Source: Geosiphon pyriformis uo1 (lineage: Eukaryota > Fungi > Glomeromycota). From it: a DNA stretch of 64,000 nucleotides. Below, in pieces: positions 10,984 through 24,676 of the stretch. Where the stretch lies: the NCBI GenBank assembly GCA_016748015.1, contig JAAOMT010000703.1, positions 618,255 through 682,254 on the forward strand, given 5' to 3'. The translations under genes and the position numbers were made by a program. The notes under the pieces are model-generated. The model had not been told where the DNA came from. It ran no database searches and was given only the letters and a program-made list of their open reading frames with translations. Each line of letters starts with the position of its first letter. Within the stretch, counting starts at the first letter, position 1.

Positions 10984-13900
10984 GGTAACAATCACACCAA
11001 ACACAACAACTCTAGAGTATTATTAGTCAATTTACACTTACTGCAAACAAAAATTCAACATCCAAAATGGAATTGAAATTTTCAAGAAATCACTATACCA
11101 ATACATTGAAAATTGTATCAACAACTATTTTTTTGGAAACTATAACATTTCAGAAATCAGAAACAACCTCTACAATAATTTAATGCACTATTCACAATTG
11201 GAAATAGAAGACCTGAACAGTGAAACACTTGCTACCTACTTCCAAAAACTTAATTTTAATATTATTGAGTATTGTGAAGAAAAATACCCAGTACAATTCA
11301 AATACTCTCTTAATTTTGAATCAGAAACAGAAACAAGCAACAAAGGCAAACAAAAAGTGGAACAACACTCAAAAACCACTTCAAATACTCCAATACTATC
11401 AAAGACAACTGCCAAACACTTGCAAACCCCAGAACAAGAAACCAGTACTAGATTCTTACTCTCAGTCATCCCCTTTTCAATTTCACTTGCTCGATTACAA
11501 ACACCAAATTCACTACTTAACCATTTCTTCAGACCAGAAGATTTTCAGTCACTGAGAAATCCTACTCAACAGCAGGAACTCATATCAACAAGCACCAATA
11601 TTATTGATTACTTACAGGAAAACGAAAGTAATCATTCAGAAAACTTGGAAAGTAAAGAAACTGAATCAGAACAAGAAAAAACCACAAAAAATGAAGAAGA
11701 AATGACCATGGCTTATATTGCAAAAGTCCCAGAATTCACTGGTGAAGATAATGATACCAGCCCTTAAGAATGGCTCGAAAAAGTCCAGAAAGCAGGAGAT
11801 ACAAATGGTTGGAATGCAGCAAAAATGCTCAAAGCAATTCCATACTTTCTCTAAAGAACTGCAGAAGAATGGTTTGAAAACTTAGAAGAACTATTTAGAG
11901 ACTGGCAAGCATTCAAAGATGCTTTCTTACAACAATTTACTGACAACAACACCTCTATTACTCTCCACAATTACTTTCACAATATCAAACAAGAAACATC
12001 TAAAACTGTCATGACCTATCTTGAGAGATTTAACAAACTTCTTTGACAAATTTGACAATTGGAAACCAATGAATACTATTCCAATACTCAGATTCTGGAT
12101 CAGTTTATAGCAGGATTAAAAGACAAATTGATTAAAAAAGTCTGTCCACATGCACTAGCAGACTTAGCAACTGTCATTAGACATGCAAAGAACTATGAAA
12201 TGGCAATGAAAGAAGCAAATCACACCAAACTTGTCAACCTAGCTATTAAAGAAACCAGCTCAGCAGCTAAAGAGAAGATAGACCAACTTACAAAGAAAGT
12301 TGAAAGCTACTTTACAAACCAACAACAACAGCAGCAACAACCACAAAGATATCTACCTCCACAATGACACAACCAAAACAATTTTGGATCACTATCCAAT
12401 AACCAAACTCAAAATTGTTATTATTGTGGAATTCCAAAACATTAGAAACAAGATTGCAGAAAATTACAGAGAGACCAGCAAAACAGGAATAATTAACATT
12501 ACTCTTCACTACAACAATCTTATTATCAATTACCACTACCAACTTATTACCCACCAAAACCACAAAATCAAAACAGTTACTATCAACCAGCTTTACAACC
12601 AATTTAGCAACAATATTAGAAACCTTTACCAATTTAGCAATATCAGACACCACCCACTCAACAATATCAAGTACCAGCCAGAAAATTAATCCAACAAAAC
12701 CAATTCACATCACAAAACCGTTTTTTAACAAACAACAACAGATTTAATCACAATAATTAATTAGTTCCTCGAAATTCTGTTCAACAAAAACCCACTTAGT
12801 TTCACACTCAACCCAGTTATTTAACAATGCAAGAAGAATCGGATTTTCAACAAACTGCACTTTCTGAAGATGAAATTGCAGCATCAAAATCAAACCCTTC
12901 TAACAATACTATTCTACCAGCTCAAATTACCCAAAATGCCAACCTTTCAGATATATTTCCATTCGAATTTGAAGCAAATAAATCACCATTCTTGCTTAGT
13001 AATACAACAGCTAATGAATAAAAAGTTATCACTGCCATGTACACTAAAGCTACAGTAGAAGGAAAACCCATCCGATTAATTCTAGACAGTGAATCAGCTG
13101 GGAGTATTATCATCTACCAGTTAATACAACAGCTTCAAAAAACTGTTAACAGACCAGCCCAAACAGTAATTGTTACAACAGATAATATGAAAAAGACACC
13201 AGTAAGAAAAATTGATAATTTCCCATTCACCATTAATAGAATCATCATTTTAGTCAAAGTTCTAGTCATGGATGCACCCCAATATCAAGCTTTGATTAGA
13301 AATAATTGGCTTCTTAAGACCAATACAAACTTAGACTGGAAAACTCAAGAACTAAAAATCTCATACCAAGGACAATACATCATAGTACTTGCTACTTGTA
13401 GAACTTTCAACAAATGATCAGAAAAAGCCCCAGTATTTGAATTTGAAGAGGAAAAAGAAATGCCACTCACTGAAACTTACATGGCTTTTGGATCAACATT
13501 TAATTGGACTGAAGAAACAGAACAAGAGATTTTTGAGAATGGAAGAAAGTTAGGCACTCTACACCAGAACCACAAAAAAACCTATTATACATCCCACTCA
13601 AATGCAAAGATTGCAATAAGAAACTTTCATCTATGAGAGCTTATATTTCTTCAGAAGAGGAATATAAAACTTGCACTTGCTACTTCTGTAAAGCATGTTA
13701 TAGAGAACGATTTGGATCCCCAAAAAGAAGTGAAAAATAAGACAACACTCTTTGTCTTACATGTAAAGATATGCTATCAGAAGAATACAACTGGATTGAT
13801 ATTGCAATAAGGAGAGGAGTATGTAACCAAACCTGTCAATATGCCCTATCAATTTTGGAAAAAGTGAAAAGAGGAATACCATTTAATGCAACATACAACA

Positions 13901-14127
13901 GTGCTTTCAACAAACTCTACCACTATTCTTATGATGCTGAAATAATCTTTGATTTAGCAATGGCTTTAATTAATGAAGCCACACAAAAAGATGTCTACCA
14001 AATGAAAGAAGCTGAGTACATTGAATATACAATGGAATTAGCTGAATTCAATTATAAAAATAAAGTAGAGACATACCACCAAATTGCAAGCCACACATAC
14101 CCAATCCAAGAAGCTCAAATTCAACAA
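10984..14127 (+). pseudogene. C1 Gag-PR-Cys-rich region
   Basis: YIAKVPEFTGED, ILDQFIAGL, CYYCGIPKH, LILDSESAG, Cys-rich domain. Confidence 0.9.
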
Positions 14128-14910
14128 NNNNNNNNNNNNNNNNNNNNNNNNNNNNNNNNNNNNNNNNNNNNNNNNNNNNNNNNNNNNNNNNNNNNNNNNN
14201 NNNNNNNNNNNNNNNNNNNNNNNNNNNNNNNNNNNNNNNNNNNNNNNNNNNNNNNNNNNNNNNNNNNNNNNNNNNNNNNNNNNNNNNNNNNNNNNNNNNN
14301 NNNNNNNNNNNNNNNNNNNNNNNNNNNNNNNNNNNNNNNNNNNNNNNNNNNNNNNNNNNNNNNNNNNNNNNNNNNNNNNNNNNNNNNNNNNNNNNNNNNN
14401 NNNNNNNNNNNNNNNNNNNNNNNNNNNNNNNNNNNNNNNNNNNNNNNNNNNNNNNNNNNNNNNNNNNNNNNNNNNNNNNNNNNNNNNNNNNNNNNNNNNN
14501 NNNNNNNNNNNNNNNNNNNNNNNNNNNNNNNNNNNNNNNNNNNNNNNNNNNNNNNNNNNNNNNNNNNNNNNNNNNNNNNNNNNNNNNNNNNNNNNNNNNN
14601 NNNNNNNNNNNNNNNNNNNNNNNNNNNNNNNNNNNNNNNNNNNNNNNNNNNNNNNNNNNNNNNNNNNNNNNNNNNNNNNNNNNNNNNNNNNNNNNNNNNN
14701 NNNNNNNNNNNNNNNNNNNNNNNNNNNNNNNNNNNNNNNNNNNNNNNNNNNNNNNNNNNNNNNNNNNNNNNNNNNNNNNNNNNNNNNNNNNNNNNNNNNN
14801 NNNNNNNNNNNNNNNNNNNNNNNNNNNNNNNNNNNNNNNNNNNNNNNNNNNNNNNNNNNNNNNNNNNNNNNNNNNNNNNNNNNNNNNNNNNNNNNNNNNN
14901 NNNNNNNNNN
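14128..14910. other. Assembly gap hiding the C1/D left junction
   Basis: N run; left side is C1 pol, right side is the 3' end of the D 5' LTR. Confidence 0.95.
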
Positions 14911-15071
14911 TACCATCAACCTTAAAGAATCTCTGTCCATTATACAAAAGACTCAACTCTAAAACCTTTAGATACAATTAATGTATTAGTATTACCAGTT
15001 TCGTCAAGATATTGAGCACCAAGTTATAAATTTGTTATTTGATTTGAGACCCCAAATAATCATCTGTAACA
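14911..15071 (+). repeat. D 5' LTR, visible 3' portion
   Basis: Matches about 34801-34960; ends catctgtaaca. Confidence 0.9.
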
Positions 15072-15647
15072 TTTGGTGCTCTCTGTAAAGTATAATCTTA
15101 CAGAGAACCAGCACCATCAACAATCATCCAAAAGTGGCAGAATTAGAAATCATAGAGACAAACCATTTAGGATTTGCCAAATTCTTATTTCAACAGTACA
15201 GTCAACAATTAGGATTGAACAATAATCATTTTCTAGCAGAATCAGTTATAAAATCACAGATTGCTTAGAAGAAACAGTTAACATTGAATCAGCAAGGGAA
15301 AACTTTTATACAAAATTATTTCAACATACCAGCTTACCAAGAAACTACAGTTTTGCACCAATTATTAGGGAAATTAATCAAGCTATTAAAAGGTATACAC
15401 AACAACAATTCCCTATCACCTATGTAGATAAAGGCAAAGGAAGATTGCAAACCCCAGTAGTAACACCAAAACAAATCCAACTACCCAATTGGAAGAAAAC
15501 TCAAGTTGAATTATCCACCAATCTATCATATCATTATATGCCCAGAAGTGCCATCAATATCTCATCAACAGACATGTCTACATCAATCTTTGGATGCTTC
15601 TCATTTCAAAGTAAACAACAAAAAACAGAGTTATTAAGATCATATGA

Positions 15648-16637
15648 TGTTACCAGTAGAATTTTAGCTATTAATTAGCATGAAATTACCCTTATAATTT
15701 CTATAATTAATTAGTATATTAATATTATTTCAAATTATCATTTATTATTTAATCAATTATTACATATCATGATTCAATTAAAATAATCTAATTAATATAA
15801 CAGAAAGTAGGATGATCAAATTACACAATACTCTGAACTTTGTAACATTCTAAAATTCGCCGAAATTTACAGAAATTCGCCGAAATTTATAAGAAATTCG
15901 CCGAAATTTATAGAAATTCACCAAAATTATGAATAGTTCAGCAAAATAACTTGTAGTTCATCAAAATGTATCTTTAATTCGCCAAATATTGAGCAAAGAG
16001 AAAAAGTGCAAGTTCATAGACTAGTACTACAACAAGTTGTATAAAAAAAGAGCTTTTTTTTTTAAGAAAATGTATCTTACTTTAGATTTATTACTTAGAA
16101 CCATTCCTATACACACAAAAAGAAATAAATATCAAATAATTCAAAAAACCAAATTCTTTAATTATTGCACTTGGAAAATTCTCAAAACCCAACTAACATT
16201 TTAAAATTGATTAGCTACCAATTTCAGTAAACTGTTAGTGACTCCAGGCCTGAATAAAAAACATTTTCCTTAATAAAATCCTATTTCTTTTACATTTCTT
16301 TTATTTTTCTTTCTTTTCTTATTACAATCATTAGGATAGCCTACAGACAAGATTCCTGTAAAAAAGTTGACTTTTACAGCAAAGTAACTACACATTTTTA
16401 GTGAGCTTCCAAACAAGCAATTTCTGGGAAAAAGTTGACGTTTACTACAATATAACTACATAAAGTAACTGGCAAAAAATTGGTTATTCCACTTATAAGC
16501 CCAGCAGTTCAAATTATAGGAGATAATTTGAAAATAAATTCAGTTATTGAAGGTTCAACTACTTCTAAAAGACGTGAATTTGCAACCAACAGACAGTTAC
16601 AACATTCAAGAAAAGAGACCAAAAACCTCCAGTAACA
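15648..16637 (+). repeat. C2 5' LTR (990 bp)
   Basis: tgttacc...agtaaca; one more 20-bp U3 repeat unit than the 3' LTR. Confidence 0.95.
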
Positions 16638-18974
16638 TTTAGTGCTCTTCCATAGAAATAACACAGCAACAACAAACTTCAAAGTGGTGACCACACCAGA
16701 CACAACAACTCTAAAGTATTATCAGCCAATTTACATCCATTGCAAGCAGAGATTCAACATCCCAGATGGAATTGAAATTGTTGAAAGAACACTCTACCAA
16801 TATATTGAAAACCATATCAACAATTATTTTCTTGGAAATTACAACATTTCAGAAGTGAGAAGCAACCTCTACAATAATTTAGTACACTATTTATGATTGA
16901 GAACTAAAGACCTTAATAGTGAAACACTTGCCACCTATTTTCAAGAACTCAATTACAACATTATCAAGTATTGTGAAAAAAAATACCCAGTACAGTCTAA
17001 ATACTCTTTTAACTTTAAATCAGAAACAGAAACAGATAACAAAGGCAAACAAAAAGTGAAACAACACTCAAAAACCACTCCAAACACTCCAATACTACCA
17101 AAAACAACTGCCAAACACTTGCAAACACCTGAACAAAAAACCAGTGTCAAATTACTACTTTCTATCACACCATTTCCAATTTCACTTGCTCAACCACAAA
17201 CACCAAATTCACCATCTAACCATTTCTCCAGACCAGAAGATTTTCAGTCACCTAGAAATCCTACTCAACAGCAGGAATCTATATCAACAAGCACTAATAT
17301 TATTGAATACTTGCAGAAAAATGAAAGTGATCATTCAGAAAATTTGAAAAGTGAAGAAACTGAATTAGAACAAAGAGAAGCCACAGAAAACAAAGAGGAA
17401 ATGACAACTGCTTACATTGCAAAGATTCCAGAATTCACAGATGAAGATAATGATACCAGTCCTCAAGAATGACTTGACAAAGTTCAAAAAGCAGGAAATG
17501 CAAATGGTTGAATTACAGCAAGAATGCTTAAAGCAATTCTCTACTTTCTCCAAAGAACAGCAGGAGAATGGTTTGAAAATTTAGAAGAACCATTTGAAAA
17601 CTGGCAAGCATTCAAAGATGCTTTTCTACAACAATTTACTAACAACAATATCTCTATCACTCTCAGAAACCATTTTCACAATATCAAACAAGAAACATCT
17701 AAAACTGTTATAACCTATCTTAGAAAATTTAACAAACTTCTCAAACAAATTCGACAATTGAAAACCAATAACTACTATTCTGATGCTCAAATTCTGGATC
17801 AATTTATAGCAGGGTTAAAAAACAAACTGATTAAAAAAGTCTGTTCACATGCTTTAGCAGACTTAGCAACTACCATTAGACATGCAAAGAATTATGAAAT
17901 GGCTATGAAAGAAGCAAACTACACCAAACTTGTTAACTTGGTTATTGGAAAAACCAGCTCAGCAGCTGAAGAAAAGATAGACCAACTCACAAAGAAGGTT
18001 GAAAGCTATTTTACAAACCAACAACAACAGCAGCAACAACCCCAAAAATATTAACTACCACAGTGATGTAACCAAAACAACTTTGAACTACCATCCAACA
18101 ACCAACCTCAAAATTGTTACTATTGTGGAATTCCAGGACACTGGAAACAAGATTGCAGAAAACTACAAAGAGACCAACAAAACAGAAGTAATTAACGTTA
18201 CTCTTTACTACAACAATCTTATTACCAACCCCTATCACCAACTTATTATTCACTGAGACCACAAATTCAAAACAGCTATTATCAACCAGCTTCACAACTA
18301 ATTTAACAACAATATCAGCAACCTTTACCAATTCAGCAATTTCAGACACCACTCACTCAACAATATCAAATACCAGCAAGAAGATTGGTTCAACATAACC
18401 AATTCACACCCCAAAATCAATTGCAGAGTAACAACAACAGAATCAATCTAAATAACCAGTTGGTTCCCCGAAATTTTGGTCAGCAAAGACCCAATCACTA
18501 TCACACTCAACCCAGTTATCTTACAATACCAGAGGAATCGGATTTTCAACAAACTGCACTTTCTAAAGATGAAGTTGCAGTACCAAAATCAAACCCTTCC
18601 AACCACATCATTCCACCAGCTCAAATTGCTCAAAATGCCAATCTGTTAGATATATTTCCATTTGAATTTGAAGCAAATAAATCACCATTTCTGCTTAGTA
18701 ATGCAGCAGTCAATGAACAGAAAGCAATTACTGCTATGTACACAGAAGCTACAGTGGAAAGAAAACCCATTTGCTTAATCTTAGATAGTGGATCAGCTGG
18801 AAGTATTATCACTTATCAGCTAATGCAACAACTCAAACGAAACATAGACAGACCAGGTCAAACAGTTATTGTCACAGCTGATGGTATGAAGAAGACTCCA
18901 GTAGGAGAAATTCATAATTTCTCCTTTTCAATTGATAAAATCATCATTCCAGTTAAAGTTCTTGTTATAGATGC

Positions 18975-19767
18975 TGTTACGGTTTAAGAATTTAGCAAAA
19001 AGAATCATAAAAATAATACAAACTATTCAATCATAATATAGCACAGTAATAATCTTAGAAAGATAATGATTAACATAGTAGCAAACACCATCTCGCGATA
19101 GTGGCAAGCACCAGTTCACAATAGCAGCCAACACCAACTGGTGATAGCAGCAAGCACCAGGTTGAAATATCAAAAAGAAAGTATTTTCTCGTAGAACTAC
19201 AAACATGTATATATACAGTAGTTTTAATATTGGGAAAGAATCAATCAAGTAATAAAAATCATAACTTATCAAGCAATAGATCCAATTTTATCCAACAAAC
19301 TCCANNNNNNNNNNNNNNNNNNNNNNNNNNNNNNNNNNNNNNNNNNNNNNNNNNNNNNNNNNNNNNNNNNNNNNNNNNNNNNNNNNNNNNNNNNNNNNNN
19401 NNNNNNNNNNNNNNNNNNNNNNNNNNNNNNNNNNNNNNNNNNNNNNNNNNNNNNNNNNNNNNNNNNNNNNNNNNNNNNNNNNNNNNNNNNNNNNNNNNNN
19501 NNNNNNNNNCATCAGGCAATTGCAAGGATAGCCTCAGAGAAGACCCCAGACAGTGGGTAGATTTCAGTTCAGCCTCTGAGAAGGAGTACATAAACACACA
19601 CAACAATCAAGAATTAAAGAATAACTTACATCACAACAGTAAAAAGAAAGCCTTCAGTGTAACAGTGACATTATCACACAAATAGAACTGAGGAACTCAC
19701 AAAAGACTGATTGCAATTAAAGCGGGATATCAGCAATTAAATATAACAAGAAAACCATCCCGTAACA
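18975..19767 (+). repeat. Apparent solo LTR of family A in the C2 protease
   Basis: tgttacgg...ccgtaaca with perfect ATGC TSD (18971-18974 / 19768-19771); the internal gap 19305-19509 could hide a collapsed full element. Confidence 0.85.
19305..19509. other. Assembly gap
   Basis: Run of N. Confidence 1.
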
Positions 19768-22700
19768 ATGCACTCCAATACCAAGCTGTAGTCAGAAATG
19801 ATTGGCTTCTCAAGGCCAATGCAAACCTGAACTGGAAAACTCAAGAACTTAAAATCTCATACCAAGGACAATATACCATAGTACCTGCAACCTGTGGTAT
19901 CTTTAACAAACAATCAGAAAAAGCTCCAGTATTTGAATTTGAAGAAGAGAAAGAAATGCCACTCACTAAAACTTACATGGCTCTTGAATCACCATTCAAT
20001 TGGGCTGAAGAAACAGAACAAGAGATTTTTGAAGAATTAAGAGAATAGAAAAAAGTTAGATATTCCACACCAGAACCATGAAAAGAACCACTATACATTC
20101 CACTAAAATGCAAAGATTGCAAAAAGAAGCTTTCATCTATGGGAGCCTGTATTTCTCCAGAAGAGGAATACGAAACTTGCACTTACTACTTCTGCAAAGC
20201 ATGCCATAGAAAACGATTTGGATCCCCAAAGAGAAGTGGAAAATGGGACAAAACTTCTTGTCTTACTTGTGGAAAAAGGCTACCAGAAGAATGCAATTGG
20301 ATTAATATAGCAATGAGAGAAGGAGTATGTGATCAGACCTGTTAATATGCTCTATCAATTTTGGAAAAAGTCAGAAGAAGAACACCATTTGATGCAGCAT
20401 ACAACAGTGCTTTCAATAAACTTTACCACTACCCTTATGATGCTAAAATAATTTTTGACTTAGCAATAGCATTGATCAATAAAGCCACCCAAGAAGATGG
20501 CTGCCAAATAAAAGAAGCTGAATACATTGAGTATATCATAGAATTAGCTGGATTTGATTATGAAGATGAAGTAAAAACCTACCACCAAATTGCAAGCCAC
20601 ACATATCTGACCAAAGAAGCTCAAATTCAATGATTAGAGCAAATAAACATTCAGTTGTGTGAAAAATGTGTTATGCCTTGTGATGACCAATGGTGTTTAG
20701 AATGTTATGCTCTCAGCATTCCTCTGCCAGATGAGAATAATGAAAATGAAATCGAATTTGGAGTATCTAAACTAGTAGAAAAACTACCAACCACCCCCAT
20801 CTATCTTCTTGAAAAGCAACCATCTCTACAACTTAAATATTTTGACAACCATGGCCAAGGAATCAGACCAAAAAAAACACACGAAATTGATGCTGGATAT
20901 GACCTAAGATACTCAGGAAAAGATACTTTGGTTCTCCAACCAAAGTCTTTGACAAAAATCAATCTCAAAATTGCTCTTGAAATTCCACCAGGAGCAATGG
21001 TTCAAATTGCCTTCAGATCATTATTGGCAAGCAAAAGAATCAATATTAGAGGAGAAGTTATAAATGCAGAATACACTGGAGACATTACCATCATGTTACA
21101 GAATAAGACAGACAAACCATTCAAAATTGAACATGCTGAAAAAAATTGCTCAAGCAATTTACTTACTCTTAATCAACATTTCGAGTTTACAATCAGTAAA
21201 CAACAGAGAACAATTGGAAAAAAGTGAAAGAAGAACTTAAGGTTTTGATTCAACTGGACAATTTACAGTTTCAGTAAACATAGCTCTTAATACACAAAAT
21301 GAATCTCACCAGATTCTTCAATTTTTCCAGCCAATTACCATTTCACCTTTTGGAGAACATCACGAAATTTACACTTGCTCAAAACCCACCACTACACAAC
21401 AAATCTTTGAATCCAATGAACAAATCTGTTTAAAGCATGAAATCTCAATTCCAAACGTTTATATTTCCAAAGAAATAAAAAAATTTTGAGTTATATTCTA
21501 CAATCCCAATAATTACTTTATTGTTTTATTAAACAAAGTGGAGATTGGAATCATACACAGCAATATTTTTCAAGATAAAAACCCTCATATTGTCTCTAAT
21601 TTTATCGAAATTGTAAAGCACACTCTATTCCCAAATTCAAATATCATTTTCACTACTGAAAACTACCACTTTTTGGAAGAAAAACTCTCTCGAATCAACA
21701 TGGATCTCTTAGAACCTTAACAACAAAGACAATTGAAACAATTGATAGCTAAATTTGCAGATATATTTGCAAAAGACAACAATGATCTGGGAAAAACAGA
21801 TATGGTTCAACATTAGATCCATACAGGAGATGCTCTACCAAAACATCAGCAAGCTTACAGAGTGCCATCTGTTAGCCACCAATTCATCAGAGAAGAAGTC
21901 CAGAGAATGCTCAATAATGGATTGATTCAACCATCAAGAAGTCCTTGGGTCTTATCAGTAGTTCTTGTCAAAAAGAAAAATGGAAAAATCAGATTTTGTG
22001 TTGACTATTGCCAAGTGAACAGTATGACAATTGAAGATGTCTACTTTCTTTTAAGAATTGATGACATGCTAGATGCTCTAGGAAAAGCCAAGTTTTTCTC
22101 AACTTTAGACTTGGAAAGTGGATACTGGCAAGTCGAAATGGACCCAAAAGACTAATCCAAAATAGCATTTACCACCCAAGGAAGAAACTATGAGTTCAAT
22201 GTTATGCCTTTTGAACTCTGCAATGTACCAACAACATTTCAGCGACTTATGAATGTTGTATATAAAGGGCTCTTGTGGCAATTAGTAGTTGTTTATCTTG
22301 ATAACACTGATGTATACTCACCAAGTTTTGAGACTTATTTTATCCACCTATGAGAAGTTTTTCAACAATTATGGAAAGCAGGATTGAAGTTAAACATTGA
22401 AAAATGTTACTTTGAAAAAACAAGCTTAATCTTTCTTGGACACATTGTTAGCAAAGATGGAGTCAAACCAAATCCAGAAACAATCAGTGCTGTCAAAAAC
22501 TTTCAAACCCCCAGAAATACCACAGAACTAAGAGGATTTGTAGGATTAGCCTCTTACTATCAAAAATTCATCAAAGGATTCTCAGAAATTGCCAAACCAC
22601 TCAATTATCTTACCAATAAAAATGTGCCATACAAATAGACTGAAGAACAACAAAAAGCATTTAAAACCCTCAAAACAAAGCTGACAACAGCCTCAGTTCT

Positions 22701-23164
22701 TGCTTACCCAGACTTCAACAAATGATTTCAACTAGCCACTGATGCTTTACACATAGCATTTGGTGCCATCTTATCACAAGTAGATGAAAATAGGCAAGAA
22801 CAAGTCATCACTTATGCTAATAGAACACTCAAACCAACAGAACTAAAATATGGCTCAACTGAATTAGAAGCTGCCGCAGTTATTTGGGCTTTTAAACATT
22901 TTCAACAATATCTGAAGAATGGAAAAGAATTTGACATAATAATGGACAATATTGGCCTCAAATGGCTTAATAAAAAGAAAACTGAACAAAGTGTCAAACA
23001 GTTTTGATGGAATAACTTCCTAGCAGACTACAGATATATTATACACCACAAACCAAGAAAACTACATACCAATGTTGATAGCCTCTCAAGAATGAGACAA
23101 AATTAATACCAACAACAAATTCCACCACAACTTACCAACCTACCAACAAAATAACCAAACAAGA

Positions 23165-24563
23165 ATAAATCCCAGAAATTACAGCAATCTTAAAAATTAT
23201 TTGAAGACTCTTACCATGCCAGAAAACTGGTTTCCAAGTAAAAAACATTATTTACAACACCAATCAAAACAATATTTCATACACCAGAACAAAATCTATT
23301 ATAAAAATTACAGAAACCCAAACCAACCACTCAGATTAGTACAAGAGAATGAAAAAGAAACAATTTTATACAACATGTACACAGATCTATCTTCAGCACA
23401 CTTGGGAAGAGATGAAACAATTCAAAGAATTCTTAAACATTATTTTTGGCCTCACATGCAAAAAGACATTTGACAATATGTAGAATCTTGTAATAGTTGT
23501 CAAAGAAGATGAGGAACTCACCTCACAGAATCTTTAAATCCAATCAAAGTTAGACAACCTTTTGACAGAGTTGGAATTGATTTAGTCGGACCATTATCTA
23601 TCACAACCCAAAGAAATCGCTATATTGCAGTAGCAGTAGATTATCTTACCAAATGGTCTGAAGCTAGAGCCATCCAAAGAGCAGATGCAAAATCAGTAGC
23701 AAATTTCATCTATAAAGACATTATTTGTAGATATGGATGCCCAATTAAACTTTTATCTGATCAAAGAACACATTTTGTGAACAACTTGATACAAAAAATT
23801 TGTAAACAGTTCAATGTCAAAAGACTTCTATCATTACCTTATTACTCTCAAACAAATAGACTTGTAGAACGTTTCAACAGAACATTGTGTGAATCTCTAG
23901 CCAAAGTCTCAACAGACTTTAAGCAGGAATGGGATATCTTTATTCTATCAGTGTTACTAGTATACAAAATGCTAAAACAAAATACTATGAAACACATATC
24001 ATTTGATTTTACTTATGGAAAGACAGCAATATTACCAATTAATTTCATAGTGGAAACATATCTAGTACAACCAATCAATAAAGAAAACTTTCAAGAAACA
24101 CTCCAAAGAAGGGCCTACACTCTTCTTAGTACACTGGAAAGAAAAAAAAGAATAGCAGCAACTCATATTGAACATTCCCAAGCTCAACAAAAAGAAAGAC
24201 ATAACAATAAATTACCACCTATTACCAACGAATTTAAAGTTGGAAATAAAGTTTTCTTACACAGAACTAAGACTGAAAAACAATGAAATGGAAAATTTGA
24301 AAACAAATGGGATGGACCATTTTATATTTATGAAATTCTAGGCAATGGATCATACAAGTTAAGACTTGATGACAAAATACTAGCAAAAGTTGCACATGGA
24401 AACAGATTGAAACATTATCATTCCAAAAACAATCCTGAAACATTAATTCCACAAATTGGTACACATTCCCTTTTAATTAATCCTGAAGATATTTCCCAAA
24501 ATTTAGAACCAATAATTATAATAGAACAACAACCAAACTTGAACACTAAAATTATACAATAAT
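23165..24563 (+). pseudogene. C2 integrase, separate ORF (start decayed to ATA)
   Basis: HHCC region, IDLVGP, LVERFNR, WDGPF, NLEPIIIIE. Confidence 0.88.
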
Positions 24564-24676
24564 TTTTTAATAAAAACACAAAAACAAAAATAGTAAATAA
24601 TTACAAAAAACACCCAAACCCAAAAACAAATAAAAACTCCATATCCAAAAAATAATTTTCTTTATTCTCTCTTTTC

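Larger units (their letters stand above)
16684..23106 (+). pseudogene. C2 Gag-PR-Cys-dUTPase-RT-RNaseH, split by solo LTR
   Basis: CYYCGIPGHWKQDC, LILDSGSAG, AGYDL, FCVDY, ends RMRQN*. Confidence 0.92.

Noticed and set aside
13771-14977. Long ORFs in the ORF track here, near 6000-6300 and near 19230-19685
   Set aside because: Artefacts of translating through N runs
15852-15930. CRISPR-like repeats (also 34160-34330 and 41511-41646)
   Set aside because: Short tandem units without unique spacers, inside U3; no cas genes; eukaryotic context
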